The position numbers and the translations under genes are program-made. A stretch of 64,000 bases of DNA from Octopus vulgaris (Eukaryota). A model generated the notes under the pieces. The model had not been told where the DNA came from, made no database searches, and saw nothing but the letters and a program-made list of their open reading frames with translations. The stretch's first letter is position 1. Each line of letters opens with the position of its first letter. Positions 1 through 12,977 of the stretch are shown one piece after another. The stretch is taken from positions 93,062,001 through 93,126,000 of the forward strand of contig OX597819.1 of assembly GCA_951406725.2 (NCBI GenBank), in the 5' to 3' direction.

Positions 1-1826
1 ATGAAACTGGCACTCTCCAAGATAATGCCAAATCCATGGCCGAGATACTGCAGAAACAATACTGCTCTGTTTTCAGCAATCCTGATATGGCCGATCTGGG
101 CTGTATCAGTGATGTCAACCCCCAACACACTATATCGGACATAACGTTTAGTGCCCCAGATGTCTTAGCGGCTATAAACGAAATAAAACACAATTCAGCA
201 GTAGGCCCCGATAGGTTCCCTGCTTGTGTCCTGAAGGTGTGTCGACACCAACTTGCATCTCCCCTTGCTTATCTGTGGAGAAACTCACTGGATGCTGGCT
301 ATATTCCAAAAAACCTTCTGTCCCAGTCTGTTGTCCCAGTTTTCAAAAAGGGAAACAAGTCCCTTGCACTGAACTACCGCCCGATCTCACTCACCTCTCA
401 TATCATCAAGGTATTTGAGAGGGTGGTGAGATCTCGAATAACCCAATTTCTGGAAAGCAACAGACGGCTGATCTCCAACCAACATGGGTTCCGTAATGGA
501 AGGAACTGCCTAACGCAGCTCCTGCATCACTTTGATGACATTTTGAGAGCTTTGGGAGAGGGCTCCAACACCGATGTCATCTACCTTGATTTCAGTAAGG
601 CCTTCGACAGGGTCGATCACAAAATCCTATAGAAAAAACTATCCAACATTGGTGTTTCTGGAAAGTTACTGAAATGAATCAAGTGTTTCCTGACAGACAG
701 ATCTCAACATGTTGTAGTTGAAGGGGTAAAATCAAGCCCAGCCAAAGTCAGTAGTGGCGTTCCGCAAGGCACTGTGCTGGGCCCACTTCTTTTCATCATT
801 TACATTAATGACATTAATGACATCATCAAGCGCAGCAACATAAAAATCTTTGCAGATGATTCCAAGCTACAGAAGGTCATAAATGAGGCGAGTGACCGGA
901 CATGCCTTCAGTCAGATCTACTGACTGTTATCCAATGGGCAGAAAAAAACAATATGCTGCTGAACGAGGATAAATTTGAGTTAATCCACTTTGGAAAACA
1001 GGATGCCCTAAAACTCCCATACTCCCTTCCTTCAGGTGAAACTCTCGCAGCGTCCAACAACATCAGAGACTTGGGAGTAATTGTGGACAACAACATAAGC
1101 TGGGCCACTCATATAAACACCAAAGTTGACATGGCCCGCAGAATGTGTTCCTGAATTCTCAGAACTTTCCAGTCGAGAGATATCCACACCATTATCCTTC
1201 TCTTCTCCACTTTTGCCCGACCCCACCTTGAATACTGTTGTCCACTGTGGTCTCCCCACACAATACAAGGTATCATAAAAGTTGAAGCACCTCAAAGGGC
1301 AATCACAAAAAAGATAGATGGCATGACAGGCCTCGACTATTGGGGTCGACTAGAAAAGCTAAAACTTTATTCTCTCCAACGTCGTCGTGAGCGCTACATC
1401 ATCTGCATGATGTGGTAAATATTCCATCAGCATTGCCCAAATGATGTTGGCATCACCTTTAAGGTACATCCAAGGCTTCGGCCCCGTGCCATCCGCCCAA
1501 AACAAAAATCGCACTCTCATCTCATAACAACAATACGGCACAATTATTTCACCTCAATTGGCCCCGCTCTCTTTAACATTACACCAAAACACATTAAAAC
1601 AGAAACTGACCCTCTAGGGTTCAAGAAGTCTTTGGACAGATTCCTTCAAGAAATCCCGGATAAACCCCCTACACCCGGATATGTCTCTGTAAACAATAAC
1701 TCTCTACTTGAGTGGGCCATAGTGCCCAAATTCTGCCTTGAAAGACTTCACCAGGTGGTGCTATTAAGTTAGACATGGCCTGGGCCAATAATGGCCGAAA
1801 CCTATCAAAGTATCAAAGTATCAAAG
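1..1826 (+). mobile_element. CR1/Jockey-group LINE, 3' part (RT, C-terminus, 3' UTR); inactivated
   Basis: One frame from 36 to about 1772 has RT motifs (GPD, NYRPISLTS, QHGFR, YLDFSKAFD, GVPQGTVLGP, FADD, RDLGV) and a CR1-type C-terminus (RPHLEYCCPLWSP, YSLQRRRER). In-frame stops at 630, 675, 1152 and 1416. Ends in (TATCAAAG)x3 at 1803-1826. Confidence 0.93.
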
Positions 1827-1843
1827 TATATATATACATATAC

Positions 1844-1901
<58 letters not shown>

Positions 1902-1931
1902 ATACATATACATATATATATATGCATATAC

Positions 1932-1964
<33 letters not shown>

Positions 1965-1981
1965 CATATACATATATATAC

Positions 1982-2074
<93 letters not shown>

Positions 2075-2147
2075 CATATATACATATATATATACATATA
2101 TATACATATATATATATACATATATATACATATATATATATATATAC

Positions 2148-2190
<43 letters not shown>

Positions 2191-2233
2191 TACATATATA
2201 TATATACATATATATACATATATATACATATAT

Positions 2234-2314
<81 letters not shown>
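1827..2314. repeat. Long (TA)n/(TACATA)n microsatellite
   Basis: About 490 bp of TA with CA interruptions, directly visible. Confidence 0.98.
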
Positions 2315-2315
<1 letters not shown>

Positions 2316-2464
2316 GACGGGCTTCTTTCAGTTTCAACCAAATCCACTCACAAGGCTTTCATCACCCCGAGGCTACAGGAGAAGACACTTGCCCAAGATA
2401 CCACTCACTGGAACTGAACTCAGCACCATGAGGCTGGGAAGCAAGCTCCTTACCACACAGCCGC
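2315..2464 (-). mobile_element. tRNA-derived SINE family A, 5' half
   Basis: Reverse complement reads GCGGCTGTGTGGTAAG...GTTCAGTTCC...CTTGGGCAAGTGTCTTCT...GAAACTGAAAGAAGCCCGTCG. Same sequence recurs near 37490-37645, 52183 and 54602. Confidence 0.85.
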
Positions 2465-3259
2465 AGTATTTTAAGAATCCCCATTTTTAAGACGTAACCA
2501 TCCTTTCTAGCTTCTTAGGCGGTAGGTGGTGATTTGTAAGAGTCTTGGACAATATCCTGACTACAGGCCATACTACCGCGCAGCAAGTCTTAACTTGACG
2601 AAATAGCAGCTGGATTTGTCATTTAGTTATAATGTAGGTTGACATTTCCGTATCAGATATCAGTGCTGTATTCCTAGCTAAAGGTTGTAAAATTCCACTG
2701 CAATAGATCACTCGGCTATGAATTAATACCACACCTATAACTGTATCGCGTAAAGTTGCAAGTATACACTGGCAATGTTGAGACAATTGTATTTCTATAA
2801 GAATGAGTGTGAGCAAACGAGTTCAATTCAATATATTCATCGTAAGAGGAAATCATGTCGACTAAAAATCCAGTCCTTTCATTTATACCTTTAATTATAA
2901 ACTTTATAAAGCTATCCACAACAAAGTAACAGGAATCTAATGAAGGAGAATCGATATGACACGCGATCCGCTGGATTCAACAGCTAAATATCTCTCACAT
3001 CACACTCTATTGATTTAAACAGAAAGACATGAATAATGTAGGTATATATGATCAAACAGTCTCCAAAGCGTGTAGGAAACGTTTGTATTACTTAGTAATA
3101 TTGATCAAAAGAATAATTTGAAAGTGCTGTGGAGAGTGGAAAACTCAAAGTTTCGGAAAGAATCTTTCTTTAAGGGAATGTTTGTTTAACTTTGTTTATT
3201 CACTGATGTAGCACAGTTATGTCTGAGAGGACGAGATGATCATAGGCGGAAGGCTATGC

Positions 3260-3305
<46 letters not shown>

Positions 3306-3389
3306 CAAAATAACCTGTCTCAGATATGTGAGAGGTGCATAAGGTATGTAGAGCATCATCAACTAGAGTATGAGAGCTAAGGTAGATTA

Positions 3390-4202
3390 AGACATTCAAC
3401 AGGAGGCCTCACCATCAAGATGATGTTTTGTAAAGTAATATATCCCTTACCACGAAGAACTGATCAAGCTCAGTAACAATATATTAAGCAACAACTATAC
3501 CCCCCCCCCCAAGAAAAATATACTATCCACTCTAATTATGAAGAAAAGAGAGGATGAAAGCGATAAACTGTCCACAGTCTGTCTACCCTACGTGAAAGGC
3601 CTCTCCGAAAAGATACAAAAGATATGCGGCCAATATGGCATCAAAATAGAATTCAAGAGTAATACAACACTTTGCAAATACAAATATCTCCTTCGAGTAA
3701 AACCACTACCAGAAGAGAATATGACCAAAAAACTGCGTGTACTCCATCCCATGCAGATCTGGTAGGTTATACAAAGGTGAAACATGCCGCACCATCAAAA
3801 TAGGGGTAGAGGAACATCGCAAAGTTGTGATACGAGGAGATATTGATAAATCGAATATAGCTGATCATGTATGGAAAAATGGAGACCACCTCCCCCTGTG
3901 GGATGAAGTTAAAATAATAGACAGAGAACACCGCTGGAAAATACGAAAACTAAAAGAAATAGCACATATGCCAGGGCACAACAGCTTCCTAAGCAGACCT
4001 AATTCAGATATGAACAGCATATGGGAACTGGTATTAAGGAAAGATAGGAGAATATTAGATTTATAAGTCCTAAAATTCACTCCAATATTGCCCACGAGCA
4101 TATAGCATAGTGGTTAAGAGCGAAATTTCCCCAAGGCACCTGATGAAGGCCGGAGGGTATATCAGAAACAAGATGAGGACAAATATCCGTCAAATATAAA
4201 TA

Positions 4203-4205
<3 letters not shown>
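3390..4205 (+). mobile_element. Penelope-like element, 3' fragment (RT C-terminal region, GIY-YIG endonuclease, pLTR remnant)
   Basis: VCLPYVKGLSEKIQKIC...FKSNTTL (3538-3700), then VYSIPC..YKGETCR....R/VEEH...SNIADH...WDEVKIID..R.LKE (3737-4066). The tail has CACCTGATGAAGGC and matches 30573-30750. Confidence 0.88.
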
Positions 4206-4255
<50 letters not shown>

Positions 4256-4402
4256 AGTTGTAATTTTCTGATCTACAAATAAAGCAAACAAATGTGTTAG
4301 ATATTTGATGCTGCTTCCAACATCAATAGTGAAGTATTAAATATAGAACTAGTTTCATTTCCAACAATTCACTTGGAATGGATTGTTTAGAGAAACCAAA
4401 GA

Positions 4403-4437
<35 letters not shown>

Positions 4438-4587
4438 AAGAGAGAGAAATGACAAAAAATATTTACATTTATCACAAGCAGTTACTTCTTTAAGATATTT
4501 TCAAATAATTGTATCATTTACTCTTTTCAGCAAAGCTCTTTGGCAAACAATAGATAAACATATTTATAGATAAATTACAATATAAAC

Positions 4588-4643
<56 letters not shown>

Positions 4644-5461
4644 ATGTCTACGTACTTCTCAGGTATATTTTCTTCCATAGAATATAATATAATATAATAT
4701 ATACCTTCTCATATAAAATAATATTAGCTTTTTCAGTTTTGAGTAGAGAAATTCGCGCATATTCAAACAAACCATGAAAGCACAAACGCAAGAGAATGTG
4801 CACATATATCCATCCATCCATCCATATATATATATATATACATATATATATGCATATTTACATGCATACATACACACATACACTCATATATATGTATATA
4901 TATATATAAATACATATATACGGTATATATAATCTATGTGTGTGAGTTTGCGTGTGTTTGTGTATGTTTAACTTTACACAATTCTGTGCGAAGAGGGAGA
5001 GAGAAGGAGAGAAGGAGAGAAAGAAATTAATAGAAGCACTACATCACTTTAGGATAAGGTATACGTGCATGAACGTGTTTTTTATTAAACACACATTTCC
5101 AGCCTCACTATGAAAATATATGTTATTCTGCGTGCGGCCAGAAAAATATCACTTTGCCTAGTTACAATATTTCTTACCGTTTCTTCAGATATCAGTGAAG
5201 TTTTCACTGACCATTGCTAAAATGGTTGTTTAAAGCTGTTTAAGAATTCCTATCGTCAGCCCTTCTCATAGCAATGTAATATTTTGCAACAGAGTGAGAA
5301 AAATCCTGCGGCCAGTAGGGAGAGTACAGTTACCAAGATATTTTATCTCGAAGCATCCGTGACTGATGGAATGAAAACAGAAAAGATAGTCTCTGTTTTC
5401 AGACAGGAGACCTAACCTGAATTCTTGTAACGTAATGAACCTCACTAAAAGCCCACACGCG

Positions 5462-5678
5462 TTGAACCTGTTGATAAAATAGGCCTTCCGTTCAAGTTAC
5501 TGTGACAGGCTTTCAACGTTTGTCGTCTAACAGAAGGTTTACTGACAAGAGATTGGTTGAATTCAGACTTTGAACCCGGTGATGAAATAGGTCTATTGCT
5601 CTATTCACTGTAACAAGTTCTCACACATTTCTAATCTACCAAGAAGTTTACTGACAAGAGATTGGTTGAATTCAAGCT
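5462..5678. repeat. Two-copy tandem repeat, unit about 108 bp
   Basis: TTGAACC..TGAT.AAATAGG...AAG.TTACTGACAAGAGATTGGTTGAATTCA starts at 5462 and again at 5570. Confidence 0.8.
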
Positions 5679-6382
5679 TTAGAAGAAGCCCTTTGCCAAA
5701 TGTGTCACAGTTAATAAAACATACATCATAGGTAAAGTTTTGCAAAATCTGCGGTGGTTAAGTTGTTTCTTTACAGTTGCTGTCACAAAATGTTGAGCTC
5801 GTATTATAAATACAGATATATACAATGTGAATATAGTTATGAAGTATGGCAAGAGTGATCTGGTAAGATATTCATCATTCAAACAGAGATGTCATTATTG
5901 CTGGAGTTACAAAAACAGACAGATGTTCAACTTATAACATTCACATGGGGAGTAAAACTGATAGAATGATTAAGCATATTTTGCTATATATCAAACTGGT
6001 AACGTTGGTAGCAGGATTTCATATGTAAAACTGACCCATGTATATTGCAACAGCCAAGCAACTGAAGATAGTATATCATAAATGGTATTCCCTAAAGTAC
6101 TTATTCACGTCAGCTATGTGAACTGACGCGCATAAAATTAATTGCATTGATCCAAGCGAAATCTTCTTCTGTCTCTCACGCTTTCTAAATTCTTCTATTT
6201 CTATTCTTCCGGCTTATTAAGCCAGTAGATGTGTATGTATGTCTGTTTGCTTATGTCAGTGGTCTTAGAATCTTAGTAATGAAAGGTTGTGATGTTCATG
6301 TTTTTCTAAAGAGCACTAATAATACCATTGAAACTATTTGTATACCAATTCTATTGAAAAGAGACCGTGGAATTTCGTCCCG

Positions 6383-6454
<72 letters not shown>

Positions 6455-7401
6455 TACCCACAGACAGATTAGCAGATATACATGCACACACAAGTACACA
6501 CACGCGCGCGCACAGGACACAGAAACACACACCATGGTTCCTGGCTTGTTAACTAGAAGATTTGACGAATGGTTATTACTGCTTCATAAGTAAAGACTCA
6601 ATTCCTATTGGATAGCATGCCATAATAATTTCTCAAAATAGCGACATATTCCAGGCTTACACAAGTCTGCCACTGTAAACAGTCTGCTCTATACTGCTTT
6701 AGAAACATGTTCTATGCATGATCTATAAAAGACCAAGAAGAAAGTTAATCACATAGCGTGAAGTTCGTGTATAATGTTAAAAAAAAAAGGCCTGTAACTC
6801 GAAAAATCTTTCTGTTTTCATTATAGAATATAGTAGTTACTTTGTTTTCTTTCTATTGATAGCATTCCCATATATTTTCGACAACGTACATTTCTTTATT
6901 ATTTCTGCAGAATATAATAACGTAAAATTATTCACATACTATATTAATTAATTTACGCGCACCTGCATATTTCTGTGGTTGTAAATTCTTGTGCTGAGGT
7001 GATACAAATATGTATTTCTACATAAGTGTGTGTTTGCGCTATACGTATTTCCCTTTAAAAAAAGCACAATCGAGATATTCCTGCTAATGTTGGCATCTAT
7101 CCATGTTACGTATTGACTTGCTGTAACAAACCAATGCCAGTACATTGTATTTCGTATTGAAGTTACATATAAGGAAAATAACAATAAGCTAATAACTGTA
7201 AAGAATATCCCATTCATCATGTTTTTACATGCAAATGAATGGTGTACCTGATGTTTTTGTTGACGAAATTATTCATTTCATTGTTATTGTTGTTGATGCT
7301 GCTGCTGCTGGTGCCGGTGCTGGTACTGGTTTTGGTGTTTAGCTCACTCTCAGTCAATTACAGCGAACCTATGTTCAAATACCTTCCAACAGAATTTTGG
7401 G

Positions 7402-7804
7402 GGATCTTTACGGTTTGAACGGCATTTTTTTCTAGCGGTGTCATATGAAATTGTCACCCATAATTATGACCCTAGTATCGATCTATTGCATTTCAATCTA
7501 TTTTAGGGTTAGGGTTAGGGGTGGGGGAAGGGTATCTTTTTTTCTTCAGAAATGTAAATAAACCCAATCTGTTTCTTAAACGAAGGACATTTTCATACTG
7601 CACAGAATATTTTTCACCTCAATAGACGTCATTGATTGGTTGAAATTGCAGAAATGGAAGGTAAAAAAACAACAAATATCTTACAAACTGTAGAATTTTC
7701 TCAATAAAGCCAAGAGAAAAAGATTCTACCGGTATACGAAGTTTAAAAGTGTTTAGTTACGTGGAAATTATTTTTAAAAACTGCCGTTCAAACCGAAAAG
7801 ATCC
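7402..7804. mobile_element. MITE with about 28-bp terminal inverted repeats
   Basis: Left end GGATCTTTACGGTTTGAACGGCATTTTT; right-end reverse complement GGATCTTTTCGGTTTGAACGGCAGTTTTT. No ORF; internal (TTAGGG)x3. Confidence 0.85.
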
Positions 7805-8193
7805 TTTTTTTGGCTATATTATCCAACATATCCTCTAGTTTTCTAAATCAGTATGGAGTGATTTGAATGAGATTTGACTACTAGTTTTGACAGATATAAT
7901 ACTCACGTTGAGGATGCAGACATGCTCATGATAGCTATCTAAAGAAGATTTTTGTTACTATATAATATTGTATTATATGTTTTTATACTGTATTAACATG
8001 AGACACTAATCTATAGTAAGGAATATAGGTATTATAGTGAATAATAAAGCCACTTGTAGTAAAAACACACCCGTAAATCTACCTAATATCTTTAGTTCAT
8101 GTTGTTGTTTAACCTTGCAGTAGAGGAACAATCAAAGCCGTTCCAGTTATGGTCATCCTGTCATTGCAACATCCATTATAATAGTGCACAATA

Positions 8194-8425
8194 AGGCGGC
8201 GAGCTGGCAGAAATGTTAGCACGCCGGCCGAAATTCTTAGCAGTATTTCGTCTGCCGTTACGTTCTGAGTTCAAATTCCGCTGAGGTCGACTTTGCCTTT
8301 CATTCTTCCGGGGTCGATGAATAAAGTACCAGTTTCGCACTGGGGTCGATGTAATCGATTTAATCCCTTTGTCTGTCGTTGTTTGTCCCCTCTATGTTTA
8401 GCCCCTTGTGGGAAATAAATAAATA
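8194..8425 (+). mobile_element. tRNA-derived SINE family B, full length with TSD (tail type 1)
   Basis: A-box-like GAGCTGGCAGAA, B-box-like GAGTTCAAATTCC, body GCCTTTCAT.CTT.CGGGGTCGAT...AGTACCAG. 17-bp TSD TATAATAGTGCA(C/A)AATA at 8177-8193 and 8426-8442. Confidence 0.9.
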
Positions 8426-9209
8426 TATAATAGTGCAAAATACATCCTTCTATTGAAGAGTGCTGGGTGGAATTTGAATGAAATTGGTTGCGAACATTTG
8501 TAGGTCGGTAGAACGTGTTAAAACTTCTCTTGTTGATCCATAGGGAATGGCATTGTTTTGCGGTGTACATGTGTATTAATGTATGCCTGAGTGTCCGAGC
8601 GTTTAAATTTAGAAAATGTGGACGCCTGTGAGTTATTATTACGAAGTCGTAGTTACCCTTCGAAACTTAAGACATCTCCTGTTTAGTGATGGATCACTGT
8701 GCGGGAGGATTTTAACATTAAATGTAACAGAAGACGACAGCCATCACGAGGAACCTCTTACTAGACTCAATAACCAGAATATTCCATTTAACGAGGAGAC
8801 ATTTAAGTGGTTACTCGGTTTGCTAATATCAGATGTCAACTGTAATATGAATATCACTGCCTACTATCTTAAAAAGGCGAAAGACACATTGGATAATGTT
8901 ATCCTAGATACAATGTACAAGTAAAGATAGTGAGGTGTCTCTGGCCAGAATGCCTTTCGTTATAAGCCTGGTTTCTAATCAGCAGATATACAAGATTTCT
9001 GAGTAATGGCTAGTTTTTAAGACATACAAAGTGCATTGGTGAACGTGTATGTTGTTCAAAGTTGTGTCAGCACTAATCGAATAAACGACCCTGTTTGAAC
9101 GCAGCAACGTAAGCGCGTAGTAACAATCTTAGCTTAAGCTATTTTCCGTCATATACGGAGCTGAAACTGATGGTCCGATTGACAGCACTCTGAGTGTAAT
9201 TCGTTGTTG

Positions 9210-9241
<32 letters not shown>

Positions 9242-9649
9242 GGTGGTGTTGGTGTTGGTGTTGGATTTTGTTGTTGCCAGCCTTTCCCTTTTTCAATATT
9301 TCTACAATTATCTAACTTAAAAACCAAGCATTGTGCTCTGAATGTTCATTTTCACACTCTTTTTTTCTCCTCACCCTTGTCAGATTAAAGCTACACCACA
9401 GTTCCGTGATAACCTTAGAGCTTGCACGTCTATTCTGATTTCAACAGTACATGCTGTCATTAGCTAAAACGGCAAAAGCTCCTATCGTATCACAAAGGTG
9501 ACAACGAGCCAGACTTAACTTCCCTGCCGTGATTTCGTTTTTCGTCGTTCCATATATATAATATGGATCCCTCCTTCCTTCTTTGTATAGGTGTACGATA
9601 TAACAAATCTTCTTTCTTCTTCGAACGAACTCTAGACTTAAAATGTATG

Positions 9650-10040
9650 CATGGATATGTGGTTGAGAAGCTCGGTTTGCAACCGTGTGATTTCGAGTTC
9701 AAATATGCTACGCGGAAACTTGGGCACGAGTTCTCTATTATAATCTCACACATACCAATGCATTGTGAGAGAATATGGTAGACGGCAACTATATGGAAGC
9801 CCGTTGTATATGTGTGAGAGTGTGTGCGTGCGTCTATGTGTGCTCGTGGATGTGTGCCTTTGTGTATGGCTTTGCTCCTCTCACCGCTTGACAACCGGTG
9901 TTGGTTTGTTTACACCTCGGTAACTTCGTGGTTCGGTAAAAGATTCCAGTAGAGTATTAGCACACTTAAGGAATAAATACTGGGGTTGCTTTGATCAACT
10001 AAACCCTTCAAGACGATGCCCCACAGGGTCGCAAGCAGAA
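9650..10040 (+). mobile_element. SINE family A, diverged near-complete copy
   Basis: Degenerate head, CTTGGGCA, GAAGCCCGT, a (TG)n spacer, then GCTTGACAACCGGTGTTGGTTTGTTTAC...GGTTCGG. Confidence 0.7.
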
Positions 10041-10261
10041 AAAAATTATAAGATTAATGATACAACACATAACTCTGTCCCAAGGCTGCGTTTAATCCTT
10101 CTCTTTAGGGCATAACAAAAACTACTCTCGTCTCAACGATTCAAGGATATGTAACATTCACCCTCTCACGCTGGATAACGAGCTCTGAGGAAGATGTACT
10201 CTGCCTGGTTACGTACTTCTGCCAAGCAAATCTTTTTCTCAGATAAGTAACGCTTTGATTC

Positions 10262-10380
10262 GTTGTCAGGCAGTGACTCTCATGGCTTCTGATCTTAACT
10301 GATTGGAAGTGTTAGCATGTAAATGTTTTGTCTTGGTGTAAAAGATGAGCTACAGTAAATAATTTGCTCAATGTCACAAC
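10262..10380 (+). mobile_element. 5' segment of the (AAT)n-associated non-coding retroposon
   Basis: Matches 62045-62141. Its end (TACAGTAAATAATTTGCTCAAT) overlaps the start of the copy at 21726. Confidence 0.65.
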
Positions 10381-10834
10381 TTCATGCTATAAATAATTAA
10401 ATCTCTTATGTTGTCAGCAACCCTCTCCCGCCAAAATTAGCCACAGACAAATATTTGAAACAATTTAAAACATGGGGGACTGAGTAGGTTACATTGAAAA
10501 AACTGGTTAGATAATATGGGTCTGTAAGTATACACGCTTTCATAATGGTCACCATCTCCCAAGAACTCCACAAATCTAGCAGAGGAAAACTATTTGTGCC
10601 ATCTAGTGAAACAAAGCCAGCGTAGAACCGTTCTCTGCGTGACTACAGCTATTTGATAAAACTTCAGTAGCCATTAATTATGGGAGACGCAATGTCTTTT
10701 ATAGAAAAATAACATAGAATTTCTGCCCACGATATCGACCATCAGAAAACGCAATCCTGTATTCTGCAAGAATCTTGAGACAATATCCCTGCTACACAAT
10801 ATTGCACGTAATACTTATAATAGTAATAATAAGT

Positions 10835-11020
10835 CTTTCTCCTGTAGACACGAGGCCTGAAATTGAGGGGAAGGGCTACCTGATAGCGTTGACTCCAGTA
10901 TTTAAATGGTACTTTGTATTTTATCGACGCCGAAAGAAGTCAACCCCCAGTGACATTTTAGCACAGCGTAAAAGCAAAGGAAATGTCGCTAAGCATTTTG
11001 TCGAGTGCCGTAACTGCTCC
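10835..11020 (-). mobile_element. SINE family B, diverged
   Basis: AGGCCTGAAATT...TGGTACTT...TTTATCGAC.CCGAAAG...CGCTAAGCATTT resembles the reverse complement of family B. Confidence 0.6.
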
Positions 11021-11051
11021 ATAAGCTCGATACCTAATGGTAATAAAAAAT

Positions 11052-11152
11052 AGCAACGGCAGCAGCAGCAGTAGTGGTGGTGATGGTGGTGGTGTTGGTG
11101 GTGTTGGTGGTGGTGGTGATGGTGGTATTAGTAGTAGTAGCAGCAGTAGTGC

Positions 11153-11215
<63 letters not shown>

Positions 11216-11261
11216 GAGGAGGAGGAGTATTAGTAGTAGCAGCAGCAGTAGCAGCAGCAGT

Positions 11262-11293
<32 letters not shown>

Positions 11294-11372
11294 CAGCAGT
11301 AGTAGTAGTAGTAGTAGTAGTGGGAGGAGGAGGAGTATTAGTAGTAGCAGCAGCAGTAGCAGCAGCAGCAGT

Positions 11373-11404
<32 letters not shown>

Positions 11405-11540
11405 CAGCAGTAGTAGTAGTAGTAGTAGTAGTGGGAGGAGGAGGAGTATTAGTAGTAGCAGCAGCAGCAGCAGTAGCAGCAGCAGCAGTAGTAGTAGTAG
11501 TAGTAGGAGTAGTAGTAGTAGTAGTAGTAGCAGCAGCAGC
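11052..11540. repeat. Compound (AGT/AGC/GGT)n array with a higher-order unit of about 110 bp
   Basis: GGGAGGAGGAGGAGTATT recurs at 11214, 11322 and 11433. Confidence 0.92.
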
Positions 11541-12782
11541 ATGAAAATGAAGCAAGGTGATGTAAAAATGACCGAAGCATTAGAAATTCCTGACATAATT
11601 CAATACTTTATATGAATTCAAGAATGTAGTTAAGTAAATATTGTGCTAACAACATATATAACTACCAAAATGTTTCCCCATTTCTTATATTAATCAATAT
11701 ACATGTATAGGATGAAAAAAAAACCCAGTATATTTGTGTTGGTGTGCTGTGTGCGCGTCCCAGTATATACGTGTGTGTGCTTATATGTGTGTGTAATATT
11801 AGCAGATTACGGAAGTTACTCTAACATGTGAGATTCTCCATATGAAGTCAGAATACTTGCCATTTCAGATACGCAGATATGCCGTCACTTTTTTTTAAGT
11901 GGATAGCTTAGCTGGAAATAAACTTGCTGTTTTTTTTTATATATATATCCATATACTCTGACATGAATTAATTGGTAATAATGGAGAACGTGGTATGATA
12001 GCATCTATCAATATAGAATATCTATTATATATTGTAAGTGAACATATTTCTGCATGAACCTCTGTCTATCTACGTGTGCATGTTTCAGAGTATACAGAGG
12101 TATGTTCTATTGTGTGAGCGTATGAGTGCATCAATAAGTTTGATATGTCATGTGATCGTATACCAGTTGACGGTATGCATTCACATATGGGAGTATAAAA
12201 ACTTATGTGTGTGTGTGTGTGTGTGCGTGGGTGTGTGTGTATGTGTGTGTGTGCGTGGGTGTGTGTATGTATGTGTGTGTGTGTGTGTGTGTGTGTGGTG
12301 TTTAGAGATGAAATACTTCCGAAACGAATTTACTGCAAAATAATTGACATAAGGATGTCTGATCGATGTAAAGAGTGAGAAATGAACTGGTAAATTTATA
12401 GAACAGAAATACAGAGTCGAAAGGCATGTGAGTGTGTGTGTATGGGTGTATGTAAATTACTCTGTGTGTGTATGTGTTTCTATACCCACTATATATGATG
12501 TGGAATGTAATAGACTATTTACTATAATTTTAAGATAACGTTTGTTACATAAAAAATTAAGGAACCTAATTTGGAAATTTGGTTTAGTATTACGAAAACC
12601 CCAAAACATTCGCAAACAAACAATGAAAAAGGCAAATATCATGCATACATATATGCTTTCCGATTCACAAACAGCAGATGAAAATATGTATTATTCATCC
12701 GTTTCAAGACGGTTATTTTTCATGCTTTCGAAATCCATTCGAAGCAGAGGAATGAGAAACTTGGAGAAGCGATATATATTTA

Positions 12783-12850
<68 letters not shown>

Positions 12851-12942
12851 GAGAATTCACGAAAAAAAAGATAAAAGACGAAGGCAGGCGGTGTAGAAAA
12901 CAAACAGATGTATTAGTATAACGCTCAGGAATTGAAAAAGTC

Positions 12943-12977
12943 TTTTACGTTTCGAGCCTACGCTCTTCCACAGAAAG
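12943..12977 (-). ncRNA. Minimal hammerhead-ribozyme-like motif, degenerate core
   Basis: Reverse complement: CTTT-CTGTGGA-A-GAGC-GTAG-GCTC-GAAA-CG-TA-AAAG. Stems I and II pair; the core differs from CUGANGA at one conserved position. Confidence 0.55.

Noticed and set aside
1775-2431. Long YI/HT/CV-rich ORFs here and throughout the ORF track
   Set aside because: Translations of (TA)n, (CA)n and (TACA)n microsatellites.
10958-11615. Poly-Ser/Leu/Thr/Val ORFs of up to 212 aa
   Set aside because: Open in several frames on both strands because of trinucleotide repeats; no domain or splice evidence.
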